The position numbers and the translations under genes were made by a program. From NCBI GenBank assembly GCA_963714275.1, contig CAVQNT010000006.1:22591-86590 (forward strand): 64,000 nt of DNA. The letters run 5' to 3'. The DNA is from Candidatus Bathyarchaeota archaeon. Its GTDB lineage: Archaea; Thermoproteota; Bathyarchaeia; Bathyarchaeales; DTEX01. The notes beneath the pieces are model-generated. The model saw nothing but the letters and a program-made list of their open reading frames with translations, had not been told where the DNA came from and made no database searches. Of the stretch, positions 43,785 through 52,676 are shown one piece after another (the first letter of the stretch is position 1; each line of letters begins with the position of its first letter).

Positions 43785-44261
43785 ATGCCACAATTTCTCG
43801 TTAAACCCACGAACCAAGTTGTGGTTCAGGGCAACCCGATAAAGGTTGAATACGAAGTTGGAGCGAATGCTACGGCTGCAAAAATGCTTCCTGGAAGACT
43901 TGTAATCTATGACACTGTTGCTAAGGCTGTTAAAGAGGCTGGAGCCGAAGCTGACAACGTTTTAGGATTCCTTGATGTCGCAGCTGAATATCTTGAAGCT
44001 ACACATTACGAGGTAGGCGACCAAGTCTTGGTTGTCATGGGTGAATGTATCGCTAAACTAACTTTGTTGGCAAGCGAAAACGTTGCTCCTGGAGACTGGT
44101 TGGTTGCTGCTGCTGATGGAAAAGTTGCGAAGCAAGCTGTTGGTGCTATGGGGGCTCAGGGAATGCCTGTTGGGCAAGCTTTGGAACTGAGTAATGTTAC
44201 GGTTGACGCTGAGATCTTGGTTCATTGGATTCCGTGCGCTGAGCCTGCTGCTGCAAGTTAA
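43785..44261 (+). CDS. DUF2190-like capsid decoration/cement protein
   Basis: 158 aa, Gly/Ala/Val-rich beta protein (LPGRLVIYD...VLGFLD...VGDQVLVVMGECIAKL...VAPGDWLVAAADGKVAK) directly upstream of the capsid gene. Confidence 0.4.
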   Translation: MPQFLVKPTNQVVVQGNPIKVEYEVGANATAAKMLPGRLVIYDTVAKAVKEAGAEADNVLGFLDVAAEYLEATHYEVGDQVLVVMGECIAKLTLLASENVAPGDWLVAAADGKVAKQAVGAMGAQGMPVGQALELSNVTVDAEILVHWIPCAEPAAAS

Positions 44262-44273
44262 GGGTGATCTGAT

Positions 44274-45152
44274 ATGAAACCGCTTACAAAAGTTGGTTTA
44301 GAAACAGGTTCCTTAACTGATGAAGAACTCCGTTACCTTGACGGCAGAGTTGTTGAAACGGTGAGACCTCTGCTTGTTGGTAGACGGTTGTTCCCAGTGT
44401 TCAGGCTTCCGAACGCAGGAATTAAGACTGTCCGAGGCTGGAAAGAAACGGACATGAGCCAAGCGACGATTGACATGAACGGTCAGGTAGACGCTTTTGA
44501 CAGGATTGAACTCGCAGAATTCGACATCAAAGTGCCAGTGATAGCCAAAGGCTTCAGATTGAATTGGAGAGACATCCTCGCTTCACGTAACGGCGGAATT
44601 CCGATTGACGCCCGAAGCATAGAGAATGCTGCTCGACAATGCGCTGAAGAAGAAGATCAACTACTGTTAACTGGAGAACGGACAAGTTGGAAGGCTCTCG
44701 GAATCGAAGGATTAGCTACTGCTACGGGCAAAGAAACTCAGGGGTCAGCTGGAGCTTGGGGAGCAAACAGCATCGTCGACGTTAGTGCTTGCATTGCTAA
44801 GCTTGAGGCAGGCGGACACTACGGTCCTTACGCTTTAGTCGTGAGGTCAGCGTGGTATGCGAAGCTGAGAGCATTGATTGCTAACACAGGCATCTTTTAC
44901 CTCGAAAAAGTCGCTGAGCTCGTGAAGGCAGGAATCTTCGTGAGCGACAACCTCTATTCAAGCGCTGATGCGACAACAATCGCATTAGTCGTTGAACCAA
45001 CTCAGGAAAACTTTGAGCTCGTAGTCGGACAAGACATGAACACGTGGACAGTTCAAGACGAAAACATGAACACTAAAGGCAAAGTTTACGAGGTCGTTGC
45101 GCCCCGCATCAAAAGACCTGAATCTATCTGTGTTTTGACTGGATTATCTTAA
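44274..45152 (+). CDS. HK97-fold major capsid protein, encapsulin-like
   Basis: 292 aa, alignable by eye along its whole length to family-1 encapsulin shell proteins: LTDEELRYLDGRVVETVRPLLVGRRLFPV; IELAEFDIKVPVIAKGFRLNWRDI; IENAARQCAEEEDQLLLTG; GPYALVVRSAWYAKL; ALVVEPTQENFELVVGQDMNTW...KVYEVVAPRIKRPESICVL. Confidence 0.7.
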   Translation: MKPLTKVGLETGSLTDEELRYLDGRVVETVRPLLVGRRLFPVFRLPNAGIKTVRGWKETDMSQATIDMNGQVDAFDRIELAEFDIKVPVIAKGFRLNWRDILASRNGGIPIDARSIENAARQCAEEEDQLLLTGERTSWKALGIEGLATATGKETQGSAGAWGANSIVDVSACIAKLEAGGHYGPYALVVRSAWYAKLRALIANTGIFYLEKVAELVKAGIFVSDNLYSSADATTIALVVEPTQENFELVVGQDMNTWTVQDENMNTKGKVYEVVAPRIKRPESICVLTGLS

Positions 45153-45228
45153 GGGGCGCTAAGGTAGTCCTAATAAAATTTTTTCCTCCGCTTTTTAGGA
45201 GCGTTCAATACGAGTAGTCATCAAAAAC

Positions 45229-45561
45229 ATGGAGAAAAAAGGATTGCCAGAACTGATAGCGTATGCGGGACCGATAGAGACGACAGATGCTTACGCGACA
45301 GCATTGAAGGTTAAGCTTCCCCCTCAAATCAGCAAGGCCATGGTTCACATTAAGGAGCTTGACGTGAACGATATTGATTGGAAGATTCTCGGCAGCATAG
45401 ATGATGACATCTATTTTGAGGAAAACGCTGAAGCAACAGTCACGAAAGACGATTCAGATGTCCACGAAGTAACGAAAGCGTGGATTTACCTTGACATCCA
45501 GGTGAAGTCTACCGTGTCCAACAATTCAGGCGAGATTGCAGTCGCAGTTTCAGGGGCTTAA
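45229..45561 (+). CDS. hypothetical acidic protein (possible minor head/connector protein)
   Basis: 110-aa ORF immediately after the capsid gene. No recognisable motif. Confidence 0.3.
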   Translation: MEKKGLPELIAYAGPIETTDAYATALKVKLPPQISKAMVHIKELDVNDIDWKILGSIDDDIYFEENAEATVTKDDSDVHEVTKAWIYLDIQVKSTVSNNSGEIAVAVSGA

Positions 45562-45564
45562 GCG

Positions 45565-46410
45565 ATGAGATTCAGGATCTTACCGAAAGTCAAAAGTTTC
45601 AGTGACGCTGCGGGAAACCTTCATTGTCCTGGAGACATCGTAGATCTTCCGCCTAGTTATCTTGGCGAAAATTGGCTTGAGCCAGTTGACAAGGTTGACG
45701 TCAAAAAGACTGAGGCACGTTTGGAACCTTCCAAGCCTGTTGCGGAGAAAGAAGCAGTTGTCCCCTTCGAGACCCCAAAGACGCAGAGGAAGGTAAAAAA
45801 AAAGTTAAAGTCCTAATCGGCGTTCCATGCCTGAACGACAAGGACAGGTATGCAGGTTACAGAGACTTAATCTTATATGCTGCTGAACTGTCGATTGGAG
45901 ACGTAGAACACAGCGTTTATGTTTCTCCGAATTCGAGGGCAATCGAGGTATACGGGATAGTTGAATGCGACAACGACATAGTCAAATATTTTTTGAGCAA
46001 AGATTTTACGTATCTTTGGATGGTTGAGCTTGACACCGTTGTCCCTAAAGACGCTTTCTCTCGAGCTTTTTGGTTTAGACGTTGACATTGCCCTCGGTTA
46101 TTTTCCGAGCCACCGAGACTTTAACAGGCTGATCGCTGGCTGGATCGGTGAAGACGGTAAAGTCTACTATCTTCCACGGTTCGCGTTGAAGGGTCAGGTC
46201 CTGCGTGGCTGGGTTTTCGCTGGGACAGGATGTATGCTTGTTAAAAGGCGTGTCTTCGAGGTTGGGGGAATCCGTTTCAAATACAATCCTGACGTCGGTG
46301 GACCTGACGTTTCATTCATGTTTGATTCTTTGCGAAGAGGGTTTACTGCAGCCCTCCATGGAGACGTAGAATGCGGACACTTGCCTGAATGGCTGTTGAA
46401 GGAGGGTTGA
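45565..46410 (+). CDS. GT-A-fold (GT2-like) glycosyltransferase with an ~80-aa N-terminal extension; joined across an A9 tract (45795-45803) and a second break near 46060
   Basis: The GT frame is open from 45714 but has no ATG/GTG/TTG before VKVLIGVPCLNDKD. It continues LWMVELDTVVPKDA (DxD-like), then GWVFAGTGCMLVKRRVFEVGGIRF. The upstream ORF 45565-45816 ends in the A9 run. Confidence 0.45.
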
Positions 46411-46414
46411 AGGC

Positions 46415-46690
46415 GTGGGTTTGGATAATGCACACTCTGGAACTTCTTCGAAAAAATTGGTTGATAAACATAGAGTTATTGAAAAAAAGATTTTGTTCAC
46501 TCTTTTGAATGGACCTGTGAGACTTCGTGACATTTTGAAACATGCTTACAAAGACTCTGCGCCCGTTTACAGTGGCACCCAGGTTGTTTATTGGTTAAGA
46601 GATAACGGTTACATCCAAAAAACAGGCAAAGGTCATAGCGACCCTTACATGATCACTGAACGGGGACGAAGATACTATGATTGCACCTGA
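46415..46690 (+). CDS. winged-helix DNA-binding protein
   Basis: RVIEKKILFTLLNGPVRLRDILKHAY...VVYWLRDNGYIQKTG (PadR/MarR-like wHTH). Confidence 0.45.
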   Translation: MGLDNAHSGTSSKKLVDKHRVIEKKILFTLLNGPVRLRDILKHAYKDSAPVYSGTQVVYWLRDNGYIQKTGKGHSDPYMITERGRRYYDCT

Positions 46691-47090
46691 CTCCAAAAAG
46701 AAAGAAGATTTTAAAAGAGCACTATTGAGCTGGGAAACAAAACACAGCATCCTCGTCGTAAGGGAAGACGGGAAATTCTTTCAAATTTTTAGGATCCTGA
46801 AATCTCGTAGGAAAATTAGTCCTTGGACCTGCTGGCGTAATGAATGTTTATGCAGTAAACAGTTAAGTCGTCCGCACTTGACTTGTTTCAGCTGCAGAAT
46901 CAGAAGGGTCATTGGTAAAGAGATTCCTCCAATCCTCGAAGTTACACCTTACGTTTTACTGATTCCACGGTACCGGGGAAAGCTGAAGACTTTTCTGGGA
47001 AAGAAGTTCTGCACGTTAGTGAAAGATTTAATCGGTAAAATCCCTTACTATACAGTTAGTGAACTAAACGGTAATCCCCATTTTAGGTGA
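46677..47090 (+). CDS. hypothetical Cys-rich protein
   Basis: 137-aa ORF with the cluster CWRNECLC...CFSC. Confidence 0.3.
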   Translation: MIAPDSKKKEDFKRALLSWETKHSILVVREDGKFFQIFRILKSRRKISPWTCWRNECLCSKQLSRPHLTCFSCRIRRVIGKEIPPILEVTPYVLLIPRYRGKLKTFLGKKFCTLVKDLIGKIPYYTVSELNGNPHFR

Positions 47091-47146
47091 GCTTAGCTAA
47101 TTGGTCTATGAATCTGTTATAGTAGTCTATTGGCTCAAATAACTAT

Positions 47147-47874
47147 CTAGATTTTCCAGAAAGCCATGTATCCCCTTCTTTGTTTTTTCATTTCCTTCAC
47201 TCTTTGTTCTAGGTCAGCTTTGCCTTTTTCATATTCTTCCTTCTTTATCAAATCATCTTCAAACATCTGCTTCAATAGAATAGGTAGAATTTCGGCAACT
47301 GGCGGAGTTATTTGATTAAAAAACTCATCGATTTTTTCTTTAGGTATCATAAAAAGATTCTTAGAAGTTTCTTCGACAAAGGATATAAAGTCTGAAAAAA
47401 TTTCCTTGGCAGACACAAAATCCAACTGTGCGAAATCCATCGGATTTTTCCATTCACTATTCTTATGGTCGACATATAGACAGACTTTCTCGAACCCTTC
47501 TAAATTCATTGACAGCCTCGCCAAGTTCTTTTATCGATTTTTCTATTTCCTGTCTGGACGGCTTTTTCTTGGGATAGACTAGTTCTCCCCTCTTCTGACT
47601 TGCGTAGATGCCAAGGGCGAAGGCTGTTTTAGATTTGTGGTCCATTAAATCCTTTCTTACTTTTTCATCGTATTCAAAAAAACCCACATAAGTCATCGCA
47701 TAAAAATATGCCTTTGCCAGCTTCCTCCATTGCAGTAAAGTATAGGAAGAAAGCATGGGCAAAACTATTATTCTCTGCCAATATGTCTGCGTCTTGCGTA
47801 AGACGATTCACATGATCCATACAGATATCTCTGCCTTTTCTAAAATCAATTTGTTTTAGCATGTTCATCCCCAT
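47147..47874 (-). CDS. AbiV-like HEPN-domain abortive-infection protein; 2 frame breaks
   Basis: Three pieces (47674-47874, 47463-47762, 47147-47524). N-terminal RLTQDADILAENNSFAHAFFLYFTAMEEAGK, then DHKSKTAFALGIY and KVCLYVDH, resemble the AbiV family pattern (from memory). Confidence 0.45.
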
Positions 47875-47888
47875 TCTTCATAATAACA

Positions 47889-48164
47889 TTACAACATACT
47901 ACTGGTTACAATCATATATCTTAATCCACAAGAACCTTGAATGCGAGATATGTTAACAACACGAACGCGCGCTTCATTTCTTCTATACAAAATTCTTCCG
48001 TGAGGTTCCGTAAATAATTTCGTTCCGCATTTCTTACAATAGAAGGTTTTACCACCGAAAAAAATGTTTTTTACTTCATAACAATTTTTGCATATAGTAA
48101 AAGCTAGTGAACTGTAGCCAGCTATAAAATTGGCGCATGTGGTACTCTTGGTGCGCGCACACAC
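47889..48164 (-). CDS. zinc-ribbon protein
   Basis: CKNC...CKKC pairs in a 91-aa ORF with a GTG start. Confidence 0.4.
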   Translation of the reverse strand: MCARTKSTTCANFIAGYSSLAFTICKNCYEVKNIFFGGKTFYCKKCGTKLFTEPHGRILYRRNEARVRVVNISRIQGSCGLRYMIVTSSML

Positions 48165-48262
48165 ACATTTCTAACTAAATGATAAAAATCACAAAAATAT
48201 TTTGTCAAGAACTGTCAAAAATAAAAAATGTCAATTCGTCAATGTCAAAAATCGCAGGCTCA

Positions 48263-49702
48263 CTAACGTATTTTCATTTTGCATATATTACCGAGAAATT
48301 CTTGGTTCAAGGGTTTATTTGGACCAGTGTTTTTCACACTTCTTATCTTTACCTTATAAAATGCTTTTTCGTGCTCTTGAAAATAAGCAGATGTTGTTAG
48401 AATAACTGCATTTACTCTTTTCGTTAGTTTCAGTTTTCCTTTTAATCCGTTTTCAAGAAGCATTAAATCTCTTGCAAGCTCCTTCTCGTCCCTGTAAAAC
48501 CCCATGTTCATTTCGATGTAGATTATTCCAGGTCCCTCTGTGGGTATCTGAGTATAGGCATGATCAAATGAATTAAGAATACCTTTTATTCGATCAGGTA
48601 AGAGCGACGAAACAAACACCACAAGACGGGGATTCTTGTGCTTAGGCTCAGGGGCATTAATCGATACGTTATCTCTTTCCAGATAGAGATCTATTACAGG
48701 ATTTGTCCAATCAAAACTAAATCCATCCATACTTGGTTTGATGTTTTCATCTGAATGGTGATAAATATCTAGCGTAGGTTCATGCATATTAACATTAAAT
48801 TCTCGGAGATCGGGCTTAAAATGACCGTCTATAACATTGTTTAATTTAGGGAATTCTTTCAAAATTATTTGGAATTTATTTGCTGTAAATACCCCGCATT
48901 TTGAGTTTTTAATTGAAGTTTGAATGTATTCTATTAGAAAGTCTTTATCTGCCGTTGTTAGATCTGAATCTGTTTTAACAACAGCAGCGTAATTTTTCCC
49001 AAGGTTATCTAAAGCCTTCAGAACATTTACTAAGATTTCATCCCAGAGGTATTGGTTGCGCATGTCTCTTTGTGACTTCTTATCTTTTTGCTTGCATTCA
49101 ACATAGACTTTCTCTCCATCTTTTTCAACGCACATATCTGGCGTCTTCTCTTTTTCTTCCTTAATAAAGCAAACTTGGTATCCTGCTCGCTTGAGAGAAG
49201 ATGCTACTTTTATCTCATATACAGCCTTCTCAAAACTCACAGAATCTGTTAATCTTGTTCTCCACATTTTTCGAGTACTATTTTTTATCTTTCTGCCATC
49301 CTTGCTAATCAATGCAATAGATTCTATTTCCATTAAATTATTACCAAGATCAAATAACTCCAACAATTCCTTTGTAAAAGAATGGGTTTGCTTTTGAAGG
49401 AGACTTTGATAATTAGGATAGCCTTTTCGCCACAAAGCAATAAGAGGATTAGGAGTTGGGCTGATCAGATGCCCATATTTCTTAGGTTTATGATCTGTAC
49501 TTGCTTTCGCTATAATTATTGGTTTGTGCTCAGAAACCTTGAAAAATTCTTCCCCAGTAGTAGATACGACCTTTTCTATGGCTAGGCGAATGCTATCTAT
49601 TGTTATTTTCCATTCCTTGTAAGTCATAATTTCAATCGACGATGAAATAAAATGTACTTTAACTTTTATATAGCGTGCGCTGGTAGATACAAAAAGAGTC
49701 AA
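48263..49702 (-). CDS. large hypothetical protein with a PD-(D/E)xK nuclease-like core (probable start at ATG 49627)
   Basis: FEKAVYEIKVASSLKRAGYQVCFIKEEKEKTPDMCVEKDGEKVYVECKQK has the E...PD...ExK arrangement. The remaining ~300 aa have no motif I recognise. The gene is AT-rich. Confidence 0.4.
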   Translation of the reverse strand: MTLFVSTSARYIKVKVHFISSSIEIMTYKEWKITIDSIRLAIEKVVSTTGEEFFKVSEHKPIIIAKASTDHKPKKYGHLISPTPNPLIALWRKGYPNYQSLLQKQTHSFTKELLELFDLGNNLMEIESIALISKDGRKIKNSTRKMWRTRLTDSVSFEKAVYEIKVASSLKRAGYQVCFIKEEKEKTPDMCVEKDGEKVYVECKQKDKKSQRDMRNQYLWDEILVNVLKALDNLGKNYAAVVKTDSDLTTADKDFLIEYIQTSIKNSKCGVFTANKFQIILKEFPKLNNVIDGHFKPDLREFNVNMHEPTLDIYHHSDENIKPSMDGFSFDWTNPVIDLYLERDNVSINAPEPKHKNPRLVVFVSSLLPDRIKGILNSFDHAYTQIPTEGPGIIYIEMNMGFYRDEKELARDLMLLENGLKGKLKLTKRVNAVILTTSAYFQEHEKAFYKVKIRSVKNTGPNKPLNQEFLGNICKMKIR

Positions 49703-50111
49703 TTATTCTGATAATTAACAAAGCACGCTTTATTGTCTAGTTAGTCTATTTTTTTTTTTAGTTGCTTTTTTGAGAATATCTACCATATAATCATGTAGCG
49801 TTTTTCCTTCTAAGGCTGCTTTTGAGACATGATACATGTTTTCATCATTCGTACACATGTAATATTGTTAAAGTCCCTCCCTAACCACTACACTTTTCTG
49901 TATTTGGAATCATTTGCCCTATGAGACTATGGACAGATATTTTACTAATACTGTTTCAGGATATCCATAAAAAATAAAAAAAACACCAATATATAGTATT
50001 ATATATAATCTCCCCCTTTTCTGGGCATTTTATATACCATAAAACATATATGTTGGAAAACTATACTTTTACAATATATATCCAAAGTATAAGAAATGTG
50101 GAATAAGACTA

Positions 50112-50819
50112 TTGCCACTATATAGGATTCAAAGGGATGATGTGTTGCGTAAAGAAGAGATAGATAGTCTCTTGAATCAATGCACACAAAACTTAATTGA
50201 TGGAAAAAAAGTAATTGAAAAAGAGTATGGATTATTTCCTATCAAGTTTAGCCCACCAATGATTCAATGTTTCATTGCACTTGAATGGCTGTTTGGCAAA
50301 CGGATAAGGGAAACATTAAGGCTTAGGCGTCAAGATGTTTATTGGGATGATGAATACCTTTGTGTCAACTTCACTGTCCAAAAGAAGAAGAATAGAAAGG
50401 CAACTTCAGCACCACAGAGGACTTTAAAGAAAATATCATTAAGCAATCCTTACACACGATATATCATTGACTACGTTTCCACAATAACTGATGGATGGAT
50501 ATTCAAGGGTGCAAAGGGAAGGCGTGAGAAAACAGTATATTGGAAAGATGATGAGGGGAAAATAATAAAGTCCTATCATTATGTTGATGAGGATGAGGGG
50601 CGTTTATCTCAGGAGTATGCCTTACAGATTTTAAAAGCATTGGATATGAACATTTGTTGCCATCTTTTCCGTCACAGTTTAGCAACACTAATGGCTGAAC
50701 ATGAAGCAACCCAAGAAGATTTAATGAATTGGTTCGATTGGGACCGGGTTGATACAGCTCATAATTATGTTAGGGGTGGACCAAGGATGACAAAGAAGTG
50801 GAGTGACAGAACATGGTAA
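50112..50819 (+). CDS. tyrosine recombinase/integrase (short form)
   Basis: FGKRIRETLRLRRQDV (Arg I), CCHLFRHSLATLM (HxxR), and VDTAHNYVRG (Tyr). Confidence 0.7.
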   Translation: MPLYRIQRDDVLRKEEIDSLLNQCTQNLIDGKKVIEKEYGLFPIKFSPPMIQCFIALEWLFGKRIRETLRLRRQDVYWDDEYLCVNFTVQKKKNRKATSAPQRTLKKISLSNPYTRYIIDYVSTITDGWIFKGAKGRREKTVYWKDDEGKIIKSYHYVDEDEGRLSQEYALQILKALDMNICCHLFRHSLATLMAEHEATQEDLMNWFDWDRVDTAHNYVRGGPRMTKKWSDRTW

Positions 50820-50836
50820 GGGAGGTGACTTGAGCA

Positions 50837-51049
50837 ATGAATAAAATATCAAAATGGAGTAGATTAGATTATTATTTCCATGAGAATTGGTTCCATAAAT
50901 ACATCCATAGAAAACTAAGAGGTGAGGATGTTAAGCTGGCAAGACAACTCCTGAAGCAACATCCAGATTGGAGTAAGAGAGAATGTGTGGAGCAGGCTAC
51001 ATCAATGATGCTTAGGAAGAGGGCTGAAGAAAAGTTGGAGAGAGTTTAA
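50837..51049 (+). CDS. hypothetical small protein (HPDWS family, copy 1)
   Basis: 70-aa ORF reading ...KYIHRKLRGEDVKLARQLLKQHPDWSKRE... Confidence 0.4.
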   Translation: MNKISKWSRLDYYFHENWFHKYIHRKLRGEDVKLARQLLKQHPDWSKRECVEQATSMMLRKRAEEKLERV

Positions 51050-51064
51050 AGGAGGTGATAAAGA

Positions 51065-51233
51065 ATGAATAAGCTCTTTTATGAAACTACAGGAGTATGT
51101 CCACAATAAAGAGGCAGAGGAAAAAATCAAATTAACACAGAAACTGAAGAAGGAGCACCCTGATTGGAGTGATGACGCAATCTGGGTAGCAGCTACAATG
51201 AAGGTCAATGAGTGGAGAATGGAAAGACTTTAA
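51065..51233 (+). CDS. hypothetical small protein (HPDWS family, copy 2); frame broken near 51090
   Basis: MNKLFYE then (shifted) LQEYVHNKEAEEKIKLTQKLKKEHPDWSDDAIWVAATMKVNEWRMERL*. It is clearly paralogous to the preceding ORF. Confidence 0.35.
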
Positions 51234-51603
51234 CATATTAAGTAAAATTGGTGTGGATAGCGAATATTTGGAATCTTCGAACGTCCCAAATGTTCGGTAA
51301 CATGTCTAGACTTGGAATCTGGACTATAAAATAAAAAAAATTCTATCTATTTTAATGAACAATGATTGAATATAATGTTAGAACTATATTTTTTGGCCAG
51401 TTTGAGCAATTGAGTTGATGTGATACAACAATAATGAGCCTAAAACCAGTGATAGTGATGTGATAAATCTCGTTGTATTCATAGAGTATTGAAAAAGTGT
51501 GTAGATATTCACATAGTAGGATAAAGAACCTTGTAAATGAAGATTAGGTATTGAAACAGATGATGATACTATAAGGGCTGTCGCCCTTTAACCTAACCCT
51601 GAA

Positions 51604-52380
51604 TCATGTCAAATCCTCATAAAAATAGCGAAAGTCAGGACGCCAGAAATTGTGAAATGGTTTCAAACCAAACACCTTATCAACGTTAAAGATTTTAATA
51701 TCCCTCAAGTAAATTTGCATCAACCTTAACCATCTAGGCACATGAATCACTTGTTTTCTACCCATCATACAAACTTTTTCAGTTCGTTTACCATCAGCAA
51801 CTATGAAATAATTAGCCTTTCTCCAAACTGCAATGTACTTGTAATGACCTTGTAACTCAAAATCAATACCAACGTCCTTTGTGACTTTTTCTGATATTTC
51901 CTTAGCCAAATCATTTGTTATTCCACTAACGTAAAGGCTATCAGTGTGACCAAGTAAGACCTTGCCATTGTTCTCTTTGATTATCCTTACGATATCTTGT
52001 ATAACACCCTCTGTAATCTCGGAAATTTGCCCACCCATGTTAACCATAATGATGTTAAGGTTGTAACATTCAATCATTTGGGCTCTTGTCAAGTTTCCAT
52101 TGTGGAAGATAATTTTGATTGCATCTGGATACATAAGAAGTTCATTTATTGTTATATCCCATCTCTCTGGGCTGGCATAACTATACCTTGCCCAATTCCA
52201 TACTTGACCAACAATGAGCTTATCTCCCGCCCACGCAAATAGGTCAACACCAGCCTCCCAGACTTTGTGTACTTGGACGTTATACCCTAATATGGCAATA
52301 ACAATTGCAGACTACTCTCTCCCCAATACTGCCTGTGTACAAATTATGATACATTTTTTTGGGATAGGAAGGTAACTCAT
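51604..52380 (-). CDS. calcineurin-like metallophosphoesterase (phage Ser/Thr-phosphatase-like), with an in-frame TAG at 52312-52314
   Basis: Ordered motifs GVDLFAWAGDKLIVG (GD), IIFHNGN (GN), and VLLGHTDS (GHxx), with spacing like small MPEs. Motif I (DxH) is not recognisable (AILGYNVQVH). Confidence 0.4.
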
Positions 52381-52676
52381 TTTTAAGTGTGTCTTCAATA
52401 GATGATGTCTCTATTATTTGGTTTTTATACATTCATTTTTCATCAACTAGTGATTGTACTTTTGTAAGAGGTCACTTATATTGTTTTTGTATATAACTTT
52501 ACTTATAATCCGTATAGTTGATGTATTTTCCGTATAGTTCCACAATATTTCAAAAATTTTATAGAGAAAGACAAAAGGAAGTCTACTTTTAGGACTAGGC
52601 ATAATCGCTCTGACCTACAGCGCGCGCTAGCAGGACAAATTTCTTTAACTATTAAGAAACTGAAAAAATTGGGAGA

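Noticed and set aside
44274-45152. Calling the encapsulin-like gene a true cellular encapsulin nanocompartment operon.
   Set aside because: No cargo-type gene is adjacent. The gene is embedded in a portal/scaffold/decoration cassette inside an integrase-bearing island, so a viral capsid role is more parsimonious. Domestication is kept as a hypothesis in the findings.
48263-49702. The largest ORF in the element (479 aa) as the missing large terminase.
   Set aside because: It has no Walker A/B ATPase motifs. Its nuclease-like core is PD-(D/E)xK in the N-terminal half, not a C-terminal RNase-H-like domain. It is also on the opposite strand in the AT-rich arm, away from the portal.
51604-52380. 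PolB-like motifs (LLMYPD as motif A, GHTDSLYV as the DTDS motif C), which would suggest a mini family-B DNA polymerase and hence a replication module.
   Set aside because: The ordered GVDL..AGD / GN / GHT motifs and their spacing fit a calcineurin-like metallophosphoesterase much better. There is no exonuclease or thumb region, and the protein is far too short for a PolB.
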